From an uncultured Verrucomicrobiae bacterium (GTDB taxonomy: Bacteria; Chlamydiota; Chlamydiia; Chlamydiales; Rhabdochlamydiaceae): a DNA stretch of 64,000 nt. The stretch spans positions 1 through 64,000 of the forward strand of contig CAWDYW010000001.1 of assembly GCA_963806855.1 (NCBI GenBank). Direction: 5' to 3'. Below, in pieces: positions 54,601 through 64,000 of the stretch. The translations under genes were made by a program, and so were the position numbers. The notes below the pieces were generated by a model. The model ran no database searches. It saw nothing but the letters and a program-made list of their open reading frames with translations, and had not been told where the DNA came from. Each line of letters starts with the position of its first letter. Within the stretch, counting starts at the first letter, position 1.

Positions 54601-55066
54601 ATCAGATAAAAAAGTTGAGCCATCTGGGATCCTGAGCGGTCTTTGGAATATGTGGGGAAGCGATCCGATTCAAGCCATTTTTTCAAATTTAAACCATTGT
54701 ACTGACCTCTCGCTTGGAAGGAAAAGTGCAGGTGGTCTAAATTATGTTGCTAAAAATATTCCTCATCTTAAGAGCTTAAAAGTCGTATATGAAAATCATT
54801 ATCCAACAATTGAAGAAATACAGACTCTATTGGCTAGATCGACCGATCTACAAACATGTGGATTTGAAATTACGTTATTTGGCAAAAACCCAGCTGTAGA
54901 GGAACTCGGTAGCTACTTAGAGGCTTTAAATAATCTGAGAAATTGTAATCTAAAAATCAATCTCGGTGGAGCATATGATAAAAAATTGGACAATCAAATC
55001 CCCGAAAGGTCTCAGCAAGATGGTTTACCGATGATTTCCTTTAGGTTTAATTCTTATTTACTATGA
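51698..55066 (+). pseudogene. Large fragmented effector-like gene (BTB-like and LRR-like segments) with a palindromic insertion
   Basis: Consecutive same-strand ORFs 51698..53044, 53386..54117 and 53942..55066 in shifting frames; SDFVHRFLRSGMKE BTB-like motif; Leu-rich C-terminus. Confidence 0.6.
53621..53785. mobile_element. 165-bp palindromic element type C (TATACC...GGTATA), in frame within an ORF
   Basis: TATACCCCGACTCGCCCAAAAGTGT..ACACTTTTGGGCGAGTCGGGGTATA perfect 25-bp terminal inverted repeats; internal stems. Confidence 0.92.
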
Positions 55067-56026
55067 CTCTAGCACATAGTTGAAGATCAGCGGCGCGACG
55101 ATTGTCGCATCCGATTCGATGACGAAGCTTGGAGTGTCGACCCCCAATTTGCCCCAGGTGATCTTCTCGTTGGGGACGGCCCCGCTGTAGGAGCCGAAGG
55201 AGGTGGTGCTGTCGCTGATTTGGCAGAAATAGCTCCAGAGGGGCGCCTCTTCGTGCATGTCTTTGTTGATCAGGGGGACGACGCAGATGGGGAAGTCACC
55301 CGAAATACCGCCCGCGACTTGGAAAAACCCTACCGGGGCATCGGCGGAAATCTTTTTATACCAGTCGATGACCGCGGCCATGAGTTCGAGCCCCGATTTC
55401 ACCGTATCAAAGCGCTTGAGATCTTTTTTGACTACGTAGGAAACAAAGCAGTTGCCTGTCGTAGAATCTTCCCAGCCAGGGACAAAGATGGGGAGGTTTT
55501 TCTCATAGGCAGCGAGGAGCCATGAATTTTTCGGATCGGTCTCGTAGTGGGGCTCGAGCTCTTTTGTCGCAAGCAATTGATAGAGATATTCGTAGGGGAA
55601 GCAGCGCTTATTTTCTGCTTCAGCATTTTTCCAAAGTTGAAGCAATTTTTTTTCAAAGCGGCGCATCGCCTCCTCTTCTGGAATGCAGGTATCGGTCACG
55701 CGGGGCATGCACTGGTCATGGAGGGCGAGCTCTTCTTCTTTGGTGAGGGAGCGGTAGTTGGGAAGGCGGCGGTAGTGGGTATGGGCGATCAGGTTGTAGA
55801 GATCCTCTTCGAGGTTGGCCCCGGTGCAGCAGATCGCATGCACTTTGTCTTGCCGGATCATTTCGGCCAAAGAGATGCCCAGCTCAGCGGTGCTCATCGC
55901 GCCACCGAGGGTCACGAGCATTTTTCCACCCGATTTCAGATGGCTGGCCCATCCTTCAGCTGCTGCGACACAGGTAGCAGCGTTGAAGTGTTTGTAGTTC
56001 TTTTGCATGAATTTTTTAATGCTCAT
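55061..56026 (-). CDS. Deoxyhypusine synthase-like protein
   Basis: GAMSTAELG, TGANLEED, DSTTSFGSYSGAVPNEKITWGK and SDATIVAPL. Confidence 0.92.
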   Translation of the reverse strand: MSIKKFMQKNYKHFNAATCVAAAEGWASHLKSGGKMLVTLGGAMSTAELGISLAEMIRQDKVHAICCTGANLEEDLYNLIAHTHYRRLPNYRSLTKEEELALHDQCMPRVTDTCIPEEEAMRRFEKKLLQLWKNAEAENKRCFPYEYLYQLLATKELEPHYETDPKNSWLLAAYEKNLPIFVPGWEDSTTGNCFVSYVVKKDLKRFDTVKSGLELMAAVIDWYKKISADAPVGFFQVAGGISGDFPICVVPLINKDMHEEAPLWSYFCQISDSTTSFGSYSGAVPNEKITWGKLGVDTPSFVIESDATIVAPLIFNYVLES

Positions 56027-57608
56027 AGCGGGCCTTCAAATAAGTATGACTGTTGAGAGCTTGTTTAAAATGCTTTTTTAATTTCGCCGAGTCTTTTTTC
56101 GAGATGTTTCGTTTTGCGGAGATCCGATCGATCAACGCCTGGGGATCACATTGGATCGAGCGGAGCATCTCTTTGATGTTGTCGCTCGAAATTTCATTGG
56201 TGATTTCCCACTCGCCGTTTTGGTTGAGATCAATGTGGACGGCATTGGTATTGCCAAAGAGATTGTGCCGCGCACCGAGAATTTCTTGATAAGCGCCGGC
56301 GAGAAAGACGCCGATGTAATAGGGGCGGGAATCGAGCTTATGCAGAGCGAGAAAATCGGAGGGTTTTTCACTCTGGATGAAGTGGTCGAGCTTGCCATCG
56401 CTATCGCATGTAAGGTCGACGATCTTCGCCCGCTGCTTGGCCTCTTCATTGAGGCGGCAGATCGGCAGCACAGGAAAGATTTGGCCGATCGCCCATGAAT
56501 CGGGCAGCGATTGGAAGATGGAAAAATTGCAGAAATAGAGGTCGTTCTCAGAGGTGCTTAAAATTTCGGCAATTAAAATCGAATGGTGGGCTACCATCGC
56601 CCTGCCCGATTCGCTTAAGATTACCGGGTGGGCAATCGAGTGCTTATCGCAGGCCCCGCCGATGATCGAAATGACGTTTTTCGCATATTCTTGGAGCTGA
56701 TAATTGACCGAAAAATCGGCTGTGGTTCCGGTCCCCTGATAGTCGACGGCAAGTCCTCCGCCAATATCAAAATAGGACAGAGAGGGGCAACTCTTGGCCA
56801 GGTGGACATACATATTGGCCGCTTCGTGCAGACCTTTTTGAATGGAGCTGAGGGATGTGATTTGGCTGCCAATATGAAAGTGAAACAGTTTGAGCCAGTT
56901 GGTTTTGCCCCATTTCTTTAATTTTTCAACCCCCTTTTCGATCTCATCTATGCTTAATCCAAATTTGGAGTGGTCTCCACCTGACGATTTCCACCTGCCG
57001 CTTCCTTGGGCATGCAGCTTCATCCTAAAGCCCACTTCGGGCTCGACTTCATGTTTTGCGGCGATTTTCCGGATGAGGTCTAGTTCATCCGCTTGTTCAA
57101 CTACGATGATGCACCGATGGCCTAGTTTGCGGCTAAGCAGAGCCAATTCGATATACTCTGCATCTTTAAAGCCATTGCATAAGATCAGCGACCCTTTGAC
57201 CTGTCGGAAATTGAAGGAGGCCAATAACTCCCCTTTGCTGCCCACTTCGAGGCCGAGGCCATATTTTTTTCCGGCTTTCTGCAGCGTTTCCACAATGTGC
57301 TTTTGGGGATTGACTTTGATGGGATAAATCGGTTGGTAGCAGTTGCGGTAGCCACAGGCATTGATCGCCTCTTGGAAGGATGAGCAAATTTTTTCCACCC
57401 GATCTTTCAGAATGCCATCGAAGCGGATCAACACCGGCGCTGCAATCCCTTTGCGATCAAGAGCTTGAACAAGATTATAGAGATCTAGCCCCTTCTCTTT
57501 TTGACCTGGATAGACAACGATATGCCCCTTTTCATTAATGTCGAAATAATCTCTTCCCCAATTGGCAATTCGATAGATTTTCTTATTTTTAGAAACGTTT
57601 TTATTCAT
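56016..57608 (-). CDS. speA: Biosynthetic arginine decarboxylase (shortened)
   Basis: YPIKVN, GLEVGSK, HFHIGSQ, ESGRA, NFSIFQSLPD, TCDSDG and GAYQEILG. Confidence 0.92.
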   Translation of the reverse strand: MNKNVSKNKKIYRIANWGRDYFDINEKGHIVVYPGQKEKGLDLYNLVQALDRKGIAAPVLIRFDGILKDRVEKICSSFQEAINACGYRNCYQPIYPIKVNPQKHIVETLQKAGKKYGLGLEVGSKGELLASFNFRQVKGSLILCNGFKDAEYIELALLSRKLGHRCIIVVEQADELDLIRKIAAKHEVEPEVGFRMKLHAQGSGRWKSSGGDHSKFGLSIDEIEKGVEKLKKWGKTNWLKLFHFHIGSQITSLSSIQKGLHEAANMYVHLAKSCPSLSYFDIGGGLAVDYQGTGTTADFSVNYQLQEYAKNVISIIGGACDKHSIAHPVILSESGRAMVAHHSILIAEILSTSENDLYFCNFSIFQSLPDSWAIGQIFPVLPICRLNEEAKQRAKIVDLTCDSDGKLDHFIQSEKPSDFLALHKLDSRPYYIGVFLAGAYQEILGARHNLFGNTNAVHIDLNQNGEWEITNEISSDNIKEMLRSIQCDPQALIDRISAKRNISKKDSAKLKKHFKQALNSHTYLKARYEH

Positions 57609-57668
57609 ATTTATTAATTAACATATAATTACATTTGGTGTATATAAAAATATAAGGACGCATTTTTT

Positions 57669-58520
57669 ATGGAAAATCAGAGCCGCGGGGTAAAAGGAAC
57701 CTATTTGGGTAGTCAAACCCCACTAGAACTTGCCAAAATCGTCATCCTCCCCATCCCTTTTGACCAAACAGCGACTTATCAGCCAGGGACAGCCAAGGGA
57801 CCAGCAGCACTCATCGAAGCTTCCCGCAGCCTCGAGTTTTACGATGTTGAAACTAAAGGACAACCCTACAAGAAAGGGATCCATACAGCCAAAGCGATCA
57901 AAGCCTCAAATTCGACCAAAATGCTCACTCGCACCTATGAAGCAGCCCACACGTTTTTAAAACAGGGCAAATTTGTGGTCGGGATTGGGGGTGAACATTC
58001 GATTACCCCGGCGCTGGTGAAAGCGCATGCCCAAATTTACGATTCGTTCTCGGTGCTTCAATTTGACGCCCATGCCGATCTAATCTCGACCTATGGTGGA
58101 AATCCCTTGAGCCACGCCTGTGCCATGGCGCGGGTCAAAGAGATTAAGGAGGTTTCCCACATTGTCTCGGTTGGCATACGGAGTATGTGCGCTGAAGAGG
58201 CCCCTCTGCTCGATCTCCCCCACACTTTTTTCGCTCACGCCCTTCAAGATGACTGGGTTGACCGAGTGGTCGAAAGCCTTGGGGAGCGGGTCTATATCAC
58301 GTTTGATCTCGACGCCTTTGACTGCTCGCTGATGCCCTCAACGGGAACTCCGGAGCCGGGGGGACTATTTTGGGATCAGGCAATGAAGCTGCTAAAGAAG
58401 GTGGCCGAAAAGAGACAGATCATCGGGTTTGACGTGATGGAACTTCGCCCGATTAAGGGACTCTGGGCGCCTGACTACGTTGCCGCCAAGCTGGTCTACA
58501 AAATACTAGGCTATATCTAA
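57669..58520 (+). CDS. speB: Agmatinase (ureohydrolase)
   Basis: GGEHSIT, FDAHAD, FDLDAFD and TGTPEPGG. Confidence 0.92.
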   Translation: MENQSRGVKGTYLGSQTPLELAKIVILPIPFDQTATYQPGTAKGPAALIEASRSLEFYDVETKGQPYKKGIHTAKAIKASNSTKMLTRTYEAAHTFLKQGKFVVGIGGEHSITPALVKAHAQIYDSFSVLQFDAHADLISTYGGNPLSHACAMARVKEIKEVSHIVSVGIRSMCAEEAPLLDLPHTFFAHALQDDWVDRVVESLGERVYITFDLDAFDCSLMPSTGTPEPGGLFWDQAMKLLKKVAEKRQIIGFDVMELRPIKGLWAPDYVAAKLVYKILGYI

Positions 58521-61229
58521 TTTCTTCAGACTTAAGGGTTGAATCTCTTGCATCAATGGATCGTCCTTTAATTCCTGTTTGATCACCACGTCGACGAGGC
58601 TCTTTAAGTTTAAAATGCCAATTTCATAGATGACCGCTGCGGAGAGGGCAGGGATAAAACAGTTGGTAGTGTAGTCCTTGACCTTTAGTAATAGCTCTTT
58701 AATTTCAACCTCATCCGAAGTCCCTTCAATTTCTTGTTTGTAGGGGAAATAGTTCAACTGTTCGATCAGCAGCCTCTGATCCTTCATTTCGAGGGTTTGC
58801 AAAAGGAGCTCAACTGCATTGCTATTCATCTCCTCTTCTTCTAGAGAAAGGCCGAGCTTGGCCTGCATAATTGCATCTTCCGGATAAACGAAAGCCAGCA
58901 AGAAAAAGCAGCACTCTTGAGAGAGCTCAATTTCGCGACAAAGAAAGTCGTGGAGGATCTTCATCTTTTCAAAATGAAAGGGGATGATCATCTCCTTTAG
59001 GAAAAGAATATTTTCGTTTTCGGACTCAAGCAATTTTTGAATCATCTCCTCATCTGTTGCCCGATAGGAGAGCCTCTTTAGCGCTTGCAAAACCGAGGGC
59101 ATTAATCTCCGATTGGCAGTCGGGAGCAACTTCTCTAAAAATTCGATCGGGTTACCCTCTTTTATAAATCCAAGAATAGTGACCAAATGGATTTGCAAGC
59201 GATGAGCAAATCGGTCGAATTCTTTGACAATATAGTCGAGGATCCCTTTTCCAGAAGAACTGAGAGCTTTCATAGCAGAATCATGGACATGGGGAACTTC
59301 CAAGTTTTCGATCAGCGCATGATAGAGCCTAGAATCGGATAGATGCATAGACGCCTGCGCAGCTGCGTCGCGCACTTCAAGACTTGCATCTTGGAGAAGA
59401 TCCAATAGGATCTCAGCCTTGCCGGGAGCGACGACAGGTTTTAACACCTGCGCCACCATGATTCTCTCATCTTCTCTCAGCGATTTAGCTTTCTCTTTGA
59501 GCAGGTTGACTGCTTCATTTTTCTCTGCCGGTGAACCATAGCAGAGGAGGGCAATCAGACATGCTTGGACAACTTCCAAATTGGGATCATGCAGATACTG
59601 CTTAAACCAAGCAAATTGCTTCAAATCAGCTGTTGCTGCCAGAGCCAAAAGGGCTGCTCCTAAAACAGATGGAATTTTTTCACTTTGACAGAGCGTGCTT
59701 AATCGACCCTCAAAACCTTTCATCCGTTTCTGCTCGATTTTATTCAACGAATAGATGCGCACTTGCTCTAGCGGGCTATTTAGCGATTGCTCGAGGAGCT
59801 TAACAAACTCAACCGGATCCACATTTTCTATCGTCCCGAGCACGTAGATCGCCTCCTCGGGATAGATACTCTGCAAATGGCTTTTCAGAACATTCAAACT
59901 GTCTTTTGTCAACTTGGTAAATTGGGGATTGGAGGTCACCCTCTTGGAGAGCGAATCCATCAGCAAAACTAGATAACCCTTCTTTAATACAAAAAGAACT
60001 AAAGCGATTCCAGCAACAGATAATCCGATAATCATCAAGGCCATAACCGATAACGCAATCCCAAAATACTTTTCGACAATGATTAATATGGCACCGATGA
60101 CTGCGGTAGCTAAAGGGGTGATGATTGTTTCATTTTTAAGTTGCGCCCAGGCTCGCGGTATCGGCCGGAGCGGCTGAAAAAGGAGAAGAGTTGACTGATC
60201 GGTGATCGCTTCACGGAAAGTCACATCGAATATGGCTGTAATTGTAATAATCGAAAAACCCATTCCAGCGAAAGATGGAACCAGGTGGATCACCATCACA
60301 GCGCTAAGTAAGATAACAAGGCCAAGAGGCCAAAAGATCAACGCCGTGATGAGACCAAAATGGGAAAGGAGCCACGTTGCAATCACAAACCCGGCAAACA
60401 AAGCGACGACATCGTAAATTGCAAAAAGAATGCCGAAAAAGACCGCCATTTCATTTTGCGTCGGAAACTTTTTTTGTACAGCAGTGTTAAACAACAGATC
60501 AAAAGAGTAGTAGATAAAAAGGGCCAAAATCGTAAATAGGAATACCTGTAGGATGTATTTTTTGTTTTTAAAACTTTTCCAAGAGGCCTTAGATGCGATC
60601 ACTTCTTCTTCTATCTGGAGCAATTTTCCAGAAGAATTTTTTCTAATCCGAAATTGCATTAAAAAGGCGAAAGTTAAAATCAAAGCGGCAAGCAAAATCA
60701 GGTGGTTCGATCCGACGGTTCGCACCAGAAAATCCATCCCGAACCCTATCAGAACGCCACCCGTAGCAATCCCCCCAAACAATACTCCATAAATCCGTTT
60801 ACTTTGTTGAAATGTGAACAGTTGATTAATCAAAAGCATCGTGATGCTGATGATCAGCGAGCCAATCAACATAGCCCAGATGAGGAGCGAGATAAAAATG
60901 ATCGGAGTAGAAAAAGTCTGTAGTAATCCCCAGAAGAGATACAAAGAGGCGGAAAAAATCGCGATGGGGATTGCTAAAACATAAAAAACAGAAGCCCTTC
61001 TTTCTAAATAACCAAACGCAATGCCCACTAGAAATGTCGCAACCCCTGCAGCGACATAGATCTGGGGAAGGAAAGAGCTGCTGTAGCGGCTTAAAAACAT
61101 CGCCAGAGGGATACTGAATAAGATATTTTGAGCGGCTCCGATGCAAATTGCAAAGATAAAGGAAAGGAAGACAATTTTTGCTTCCCTAGGCCTTACCCGG
61201 ATGAATTTGAGCAGTTTAGACTTATTCAT
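58506..61229 (-). CDS. NTT/MFS-like transporter fused to HEAT repeats
   Basis: IRVRPRE start, ~12 TMs, then LLQDASLEVRDAA-type HEAT repeats. Confidence 0.8.
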   Translation of the reverse strand: MNKSKLLKFIRVRPREAKIVFLSFIFAICIGAAQNILFSIPLAMFLSRYSSSFLPQIYVAAGVATFLVGIAFGYLERRASVFYVLAIPIAIFSASLYLFWGLLQTFSTPIIFISLLIWAMLIGSLIISITMLLINQLFTFQQSKRIYGVLFGGIATGGVLIGFGMDFLVRTVGSNHLILLAALILTFAFLMQFRIRKNSSGKLLQIEEEVIASKASWKSFKNKKYILQVFLFTILALFIYYSFDLLFNTAVQKKFPTQNEMAVFFGILFAIYDVVALFAGFVIATWLLSHFGLITALIFWPLGLVILLSAVMVIHLVPSFAGMGFSIITITAIFDVTFREAITDQSTLLLFQPLRPIPRAWAQLKNETIITPLATAVIGAILIIVEKYFGIALSVMALMIIGLSVAGIALVLFVLKKGYLVLLMDSLSKRVTSNPQFTKLTKDSLNVLKSHLQSIYPEEAIYVLGTIENVDPVEFVKLLEQSLNSPLEQVRIYSLNKIEQKRMKGFEGRLSTLCQSEKIPSVLGAALLALAATADLKQFAWFKQYLHDPNLEVVQACLIALLCYGSPAEKNEAVNLLKEKAKSLREDERIMVAQVLKPVVAPGKAEILLDLLQDASLEVRDAAAQASMHLSDSRLYHALIENLEVPHVHDSAMKALSSSGKGILDYIVKEFDRFAHRLQIHLVTILGFIKEGNPIEFLEKLLPTANRRLMPSVLQALKRLSYRATDEEMIQKLLESENENILFLKEMIIPFHFEKMKILHDFLCREIELSQECCFFLLAFVYPEDAIMQAKLGLSLEEEEMNSNAVELLLQTLEMKDQRLLIEQLNYFPYKQEIEGTSDEVEIKELLLKVKDYTTNCFIPALSAAVIYEIGILNLKSLVDVVIKQELKDDPLMQEIQPLSLKKLDIA

Positions 61230-61662
61230 GTGAATCGAGAGCTTTATTTAAATCACCCGCAATCGAACGGGTCCGTTGGCAAAGAACCTGGATAATCCCC
61301 TTAGCGAGCTCAATCTGCATCTCCATCAAATCGTAGAGCGCCATGCTATTGATTTTTAATAGAAAGGTCTCATCAAGAGCAGTCACCGAAGCGATCCTCT
61401 TTTCTGGAGAAAGGGCTGCCAGCTCCCCAAAGACCTCATGCGGCCCCAATTCCTTCAAAAGGCGCTCCTCATCATGTACTTTGACTTTCCCCTCAACAAT
61501 CATGAACATCTCCGTGCCAAGGGCCCCTTTCTGAATGATGAGTTCTCCCGGTTTTACTAGTTGCTCCTCGAGGATCGAAGCGATCGAGACTAAAATTTCA
61601 TCTTTCACATATTTGAAGAGGGGCATCGATTTGAGAAAAAGCATTTTTTCAAAGGTGTCCAT
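61222..61662 (-). CDS. Cyclic nucleotide-binding domain protein
   Basis: LKSMPLF, GKVKV and FGELAAL..RIASV. Confidence 0.9.
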   Translation of the reverse strand: MDTFEKMLFLKSMPLFKYVKDEILVSIASILEEQLVKPGELIIQKGALGTEMFMIVEGKVKVHDEERLLKELGPHEVFGELAALSPEKRIASVTALDETFLLKINSMALYDLMEMQIELAKGIIQVLCQRTRSIAGDLNKALDSHE

Positions 61663-61725
61663 AAGATGGTGTTATAAATATTTTTTCACTGCCAGTCAAT
61701 AGAATATTCGGTTATTCTTATCCCT

Positions 61726-63789
61726 ATGCAATTAAAGGAACACCTCAACCCACAGCAACTTAAGGCCGCTGAGCACATGGAAGGGCCGATGCTGGTCATT
61801 GCCGGCGCTGGCTCGGGCAAAACCCGGATCGTCACCTACCGGATCGCCCATCTGATCAGCCTCGGCGTCCCCTCATCCGAAATCCTCGCCGTCACATTCA
61901 CCAATAAAGCAGCAGCCGAGATGCGGCAGCGAATCCAAAAGCTCTCAGATACCTCGATCCTCGCCTGTACATTCCACAGTCTGGGGGCCCGCATTTTGCG
62001 CGAGTCGATCACCCCGCTCGGCTATAAGAGCCACTTTGCCATTTTTGACGAAGACGATAGCGACAAAGTGTTGAAAGAGTGCATGGAAGAAAAGCAGATC
62101 AAAGACGAAAAAGGGCTTCAAAAGAGCTTTCGGATGGGGATTTCGCACGCCAAAAACAACATGCAGGAGCCTGATGACCCCCTCCTCAATGAGATCTACA
62201 CCCTCTATCAGCAAAAACTCAAAACCTACAATGCCCTCGACTTTGACGACTTGCTCTATCTAACCGTCAAACTTTTTCAGCAAGAGCCCGAGATTTTGCT
62301 CCGGTATCAAAACCAGTGGAACTTCATTTTGGTCGATGAGTATCAAGATACCAATCAAGCCCAATACAACCTCCTCAAACTCCTCTCCGCCCGCCACCAC
62401 AACGTCTTTGCTGTCGGCGATCCAGATCAATCGATCTACTCGTGGCGCGGAGCCAATATCAACAACATCCTCAACTTTGAGCACGATTACCCCGGCGCCC
62501 AAATCGTCAATCTCGAGCAAAACTACCGGAGCACCAACCACATCCTGAAGGCAGCTAATGCCCTGATTGAAAACAACGAAAGCCGCTATGAGAAAAACCT
62601 GTGGAGCGACCGGGGCGATGGAGAAAAAGTGGGCTTTTGCCTCTGCGAATCTGACCGCGATGAGGTCAACTTCGTCTTAGAGCGCATCTACTACCACCAT
62701 TTCAAGCAAAACATCCCCTTAAGCAGCTGCGTCATCTTCTATCGGACCCACTTTCAATCGCGCGTCTTCGAAGATGCCCTTCTCAAAGAAAAACTCCCCT
62801 ACATCATCGTCGGCGGCATCTCCTTCTACATGCGACGAGAAATCAAAGATCTGCTCGCCTTGCTGCGGGTCGCCTATGAAGGAAACGACTTCCTCTCCTT
62901 TTCCCGAACCATCAACATCCCTAAAAGAGGGATTGGCCCGGCTGCTCTGGCCAAAATCCGCCTCAATGCGAGTGGCGACCTCATCCAAGCCTGCAAGAGC
63001 GATCTGAAACTGTCTGTCCGCCAATCTGAAGGACTCCGAAGCTATGTCGAGCTGATTGAAGCGATCCGCCATATGATCCACACAGGCGCCCCGATCCACG
63101 AGATGATCGAAGAGGCGATCGACCGGATGGGCTACTACGACTACCTGCAAGAAGATCCCGAAACAGCCGATGAGCGGCAAGAAAACGTCGAAGAGCTGAT
63201 CACCAAAGCGGTCGAATGGGAAGAGGAAAACCCCGGCGCCGGGTTGTCTGCCTTTTTGGAAGAGCTCTTTCTCAAAGGGAGCCCCGATCAAACCCACGAA
63301 GCCGACCCCCTCCGCCTGATGACCATCCACAACGGCAAAGGGCTCGAGTTTGATATCACCTTCCTAGTCGGAATGGAAGAGGAGATCTTCCCCCATGTCA
63401 ATGCGCTCGGCAATTTCGAGGCCCTCGAAGAGGAGCGGCGCCTGGCTTACGTCGGGATGACCCGCGCCAAAAATAGCCTCTACCTCACCGCAGCCAAAAG
63501 CCGTTTCCTCTGGGGATCGCTCCGCACGATGCAGCCATCCCGCTTCCTCTCCGAGATCCCACAAGAGCACATAAAAAAATACCACACCGAGAGCTTCTCC
63601 GCCTATGAACTTGACGAAGCGCCCACCTCCCATCAGATCGGAGACCTAGTCCACCACAAAGATTTTGGCAAAGGGATCGTCCAGAGAGTCTATAACACCT
63701 CCCTCGGCCTCACCTACGACGTCCTCTTCACTGAGAACGATGAGACCCGCAGCCTAGTGGCTAAGTACGCAAAGCTGGCGAAACTTTAG
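61726..63789 (+). CDS. uvrD: UvrD/PcrA DNA helicase
   Basis: AGAGSGKT, VDEYQD, VGDPDQSIY, QNYRS and EERRLAYVGMTRA. Confidence 0.96.
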   Translation: MQLKEHLNPQQLKAAEHMEGPMLVIAGAGSGKTRIVTYRIAHLISLGVPSSEILAVTFTNKAAAEMRQRIQKLSDTSILACTFHSLGARILRESITPLGYKSHFAIFDEDDSDKVLKECMEEKQIKDEKGLQKSFRMGISHAKNNMQEPDDPLLNEIYTLYQQKLKTYNALDFDDLLYLTVKLFQQEPEILLRYQNQWNFILVDEYQDTNQAQYNLLKLLSARHHNVFAVGDPDQSIYSWRGANINNILNFEHDYPGAQIVNLEQNYRSTNHILKAANALIENNESRYEKNLWSDRGDGEKVGFCLCESDRDEVNFVLERIYYHHFKQNIPLSSCVIFYRTHFQSRVFEDALLKEKLPYIIVGGISFYMRREIKDLLALLRVAYEGNDFLSFSRTINIPKRGIGPAALAKIRLNASGDLIQACKSDLKLSVRQSEGLRSYVELIEAIRHMIHTGAPIHEMIEEAIDRMGYYDYLQEDPETADERQENVEELITKAVEWEEENPGAGLSAFLEELFLKGSPDQTHEADPLRLMTIHNGKGLEFDITFLVGMEEEIFPHVNALGNFEALEEERRLAYVGMTRAKNSLYLTAAKSRFLWGSLRTMQPSRFLSEIPQEHIKKYHTESFSAYELDEAPTSHQIGDLVHHKDFGKGIVQRVYNTSLGLTYDVLFTENDETRSLVAKYAKLAKL

Positions 63790-64000
63790 AAATTCCTTGT
63801 AGACCTGACCTACCGGCACAAAATATTGCCATTTTTTATCGCGCCAACGCAGCCCCTTCAAATTGGGGATCCAAGTGGGCGGCACGATGACCCTCCCCTC
63901 AGCCCACGCCGGCCGCCAAAAATTCGCGACCATCTGCGAGCGGCAAATCGTCAGCGTCGGCACCAGAGCACACGAAGCCAAATGGCCAACTCCTGAGTCA
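63754..64000 (-). CDS. GT9 glycosyltransferase paralog, C-terminal part (partial)
   Basis: DSGVGHLAS; PPTWIPNLKGLRWRDKKWQ matches the C-terminus of 10317..11207. Confidence 0.85.
   Translation of the reverse strand, partial: DSGVGHLASCALVPTLTICRSQMVANFWRPAWAEGRVIVPPTWIPNLKGLRWRDKKWQYFVPVGQVYKEFLKFRQLCVLSH

Noticed and set aside
58506..61662. NTT-HEAT plus cNMP-binding pair as a novel system
   Set aside because: This architecture is already known in chlamydiae and other bacteria

Overview
This window is a chromosomal segment of an environmental chlamydia (Chlamydiota, inferred from chlamydial-type RsbU, the NTT-HEAT/cNMP pair, OppA, F-box/BTB/Inc-like genes and CCA-less tRNAs). The housekeeping backbone is cydAB, oppA, dnaB, rsgA, eno, groESL, putA/putP, ahpC, speA/speB, uvrD, tRNA-Ser and tRNA-Arg. 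It is interrupted by small AT-rich accessory islets: NYN nuclease, AAA ATPase, aromatic amino acid permease, HipBA, VapBC, F-box/Inc-like genes, a TPR-ADP-ribosyltransferase-like gene and a decayed BTB-like gene. Three things stand out. (1) Several islets are bounded by 25-150 bp extra copies of the 3' ends of neighbouring genes (eno x3, doxX x4, MFS x2, putA x2). These copies differ mostly at synonymous sites, and no integrase or transposase is visible in the window. (2) There is a family of ~165-173 bp near-fully palindromic elements, including two copies that share a core but have different self-complementary termini and one copy read in frame inside a gene. (3) There is a bufferin-like MNIO (DUF692) RiPP operon whose Cys-rich core sits inside a helical scaffold, and a core-less paralog of that scaffold lies 3.5 kb away. 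The first ~2.3 kb has many indels that look like assembly errors. All family assignments are from motif recognition by eye; no database search was run.
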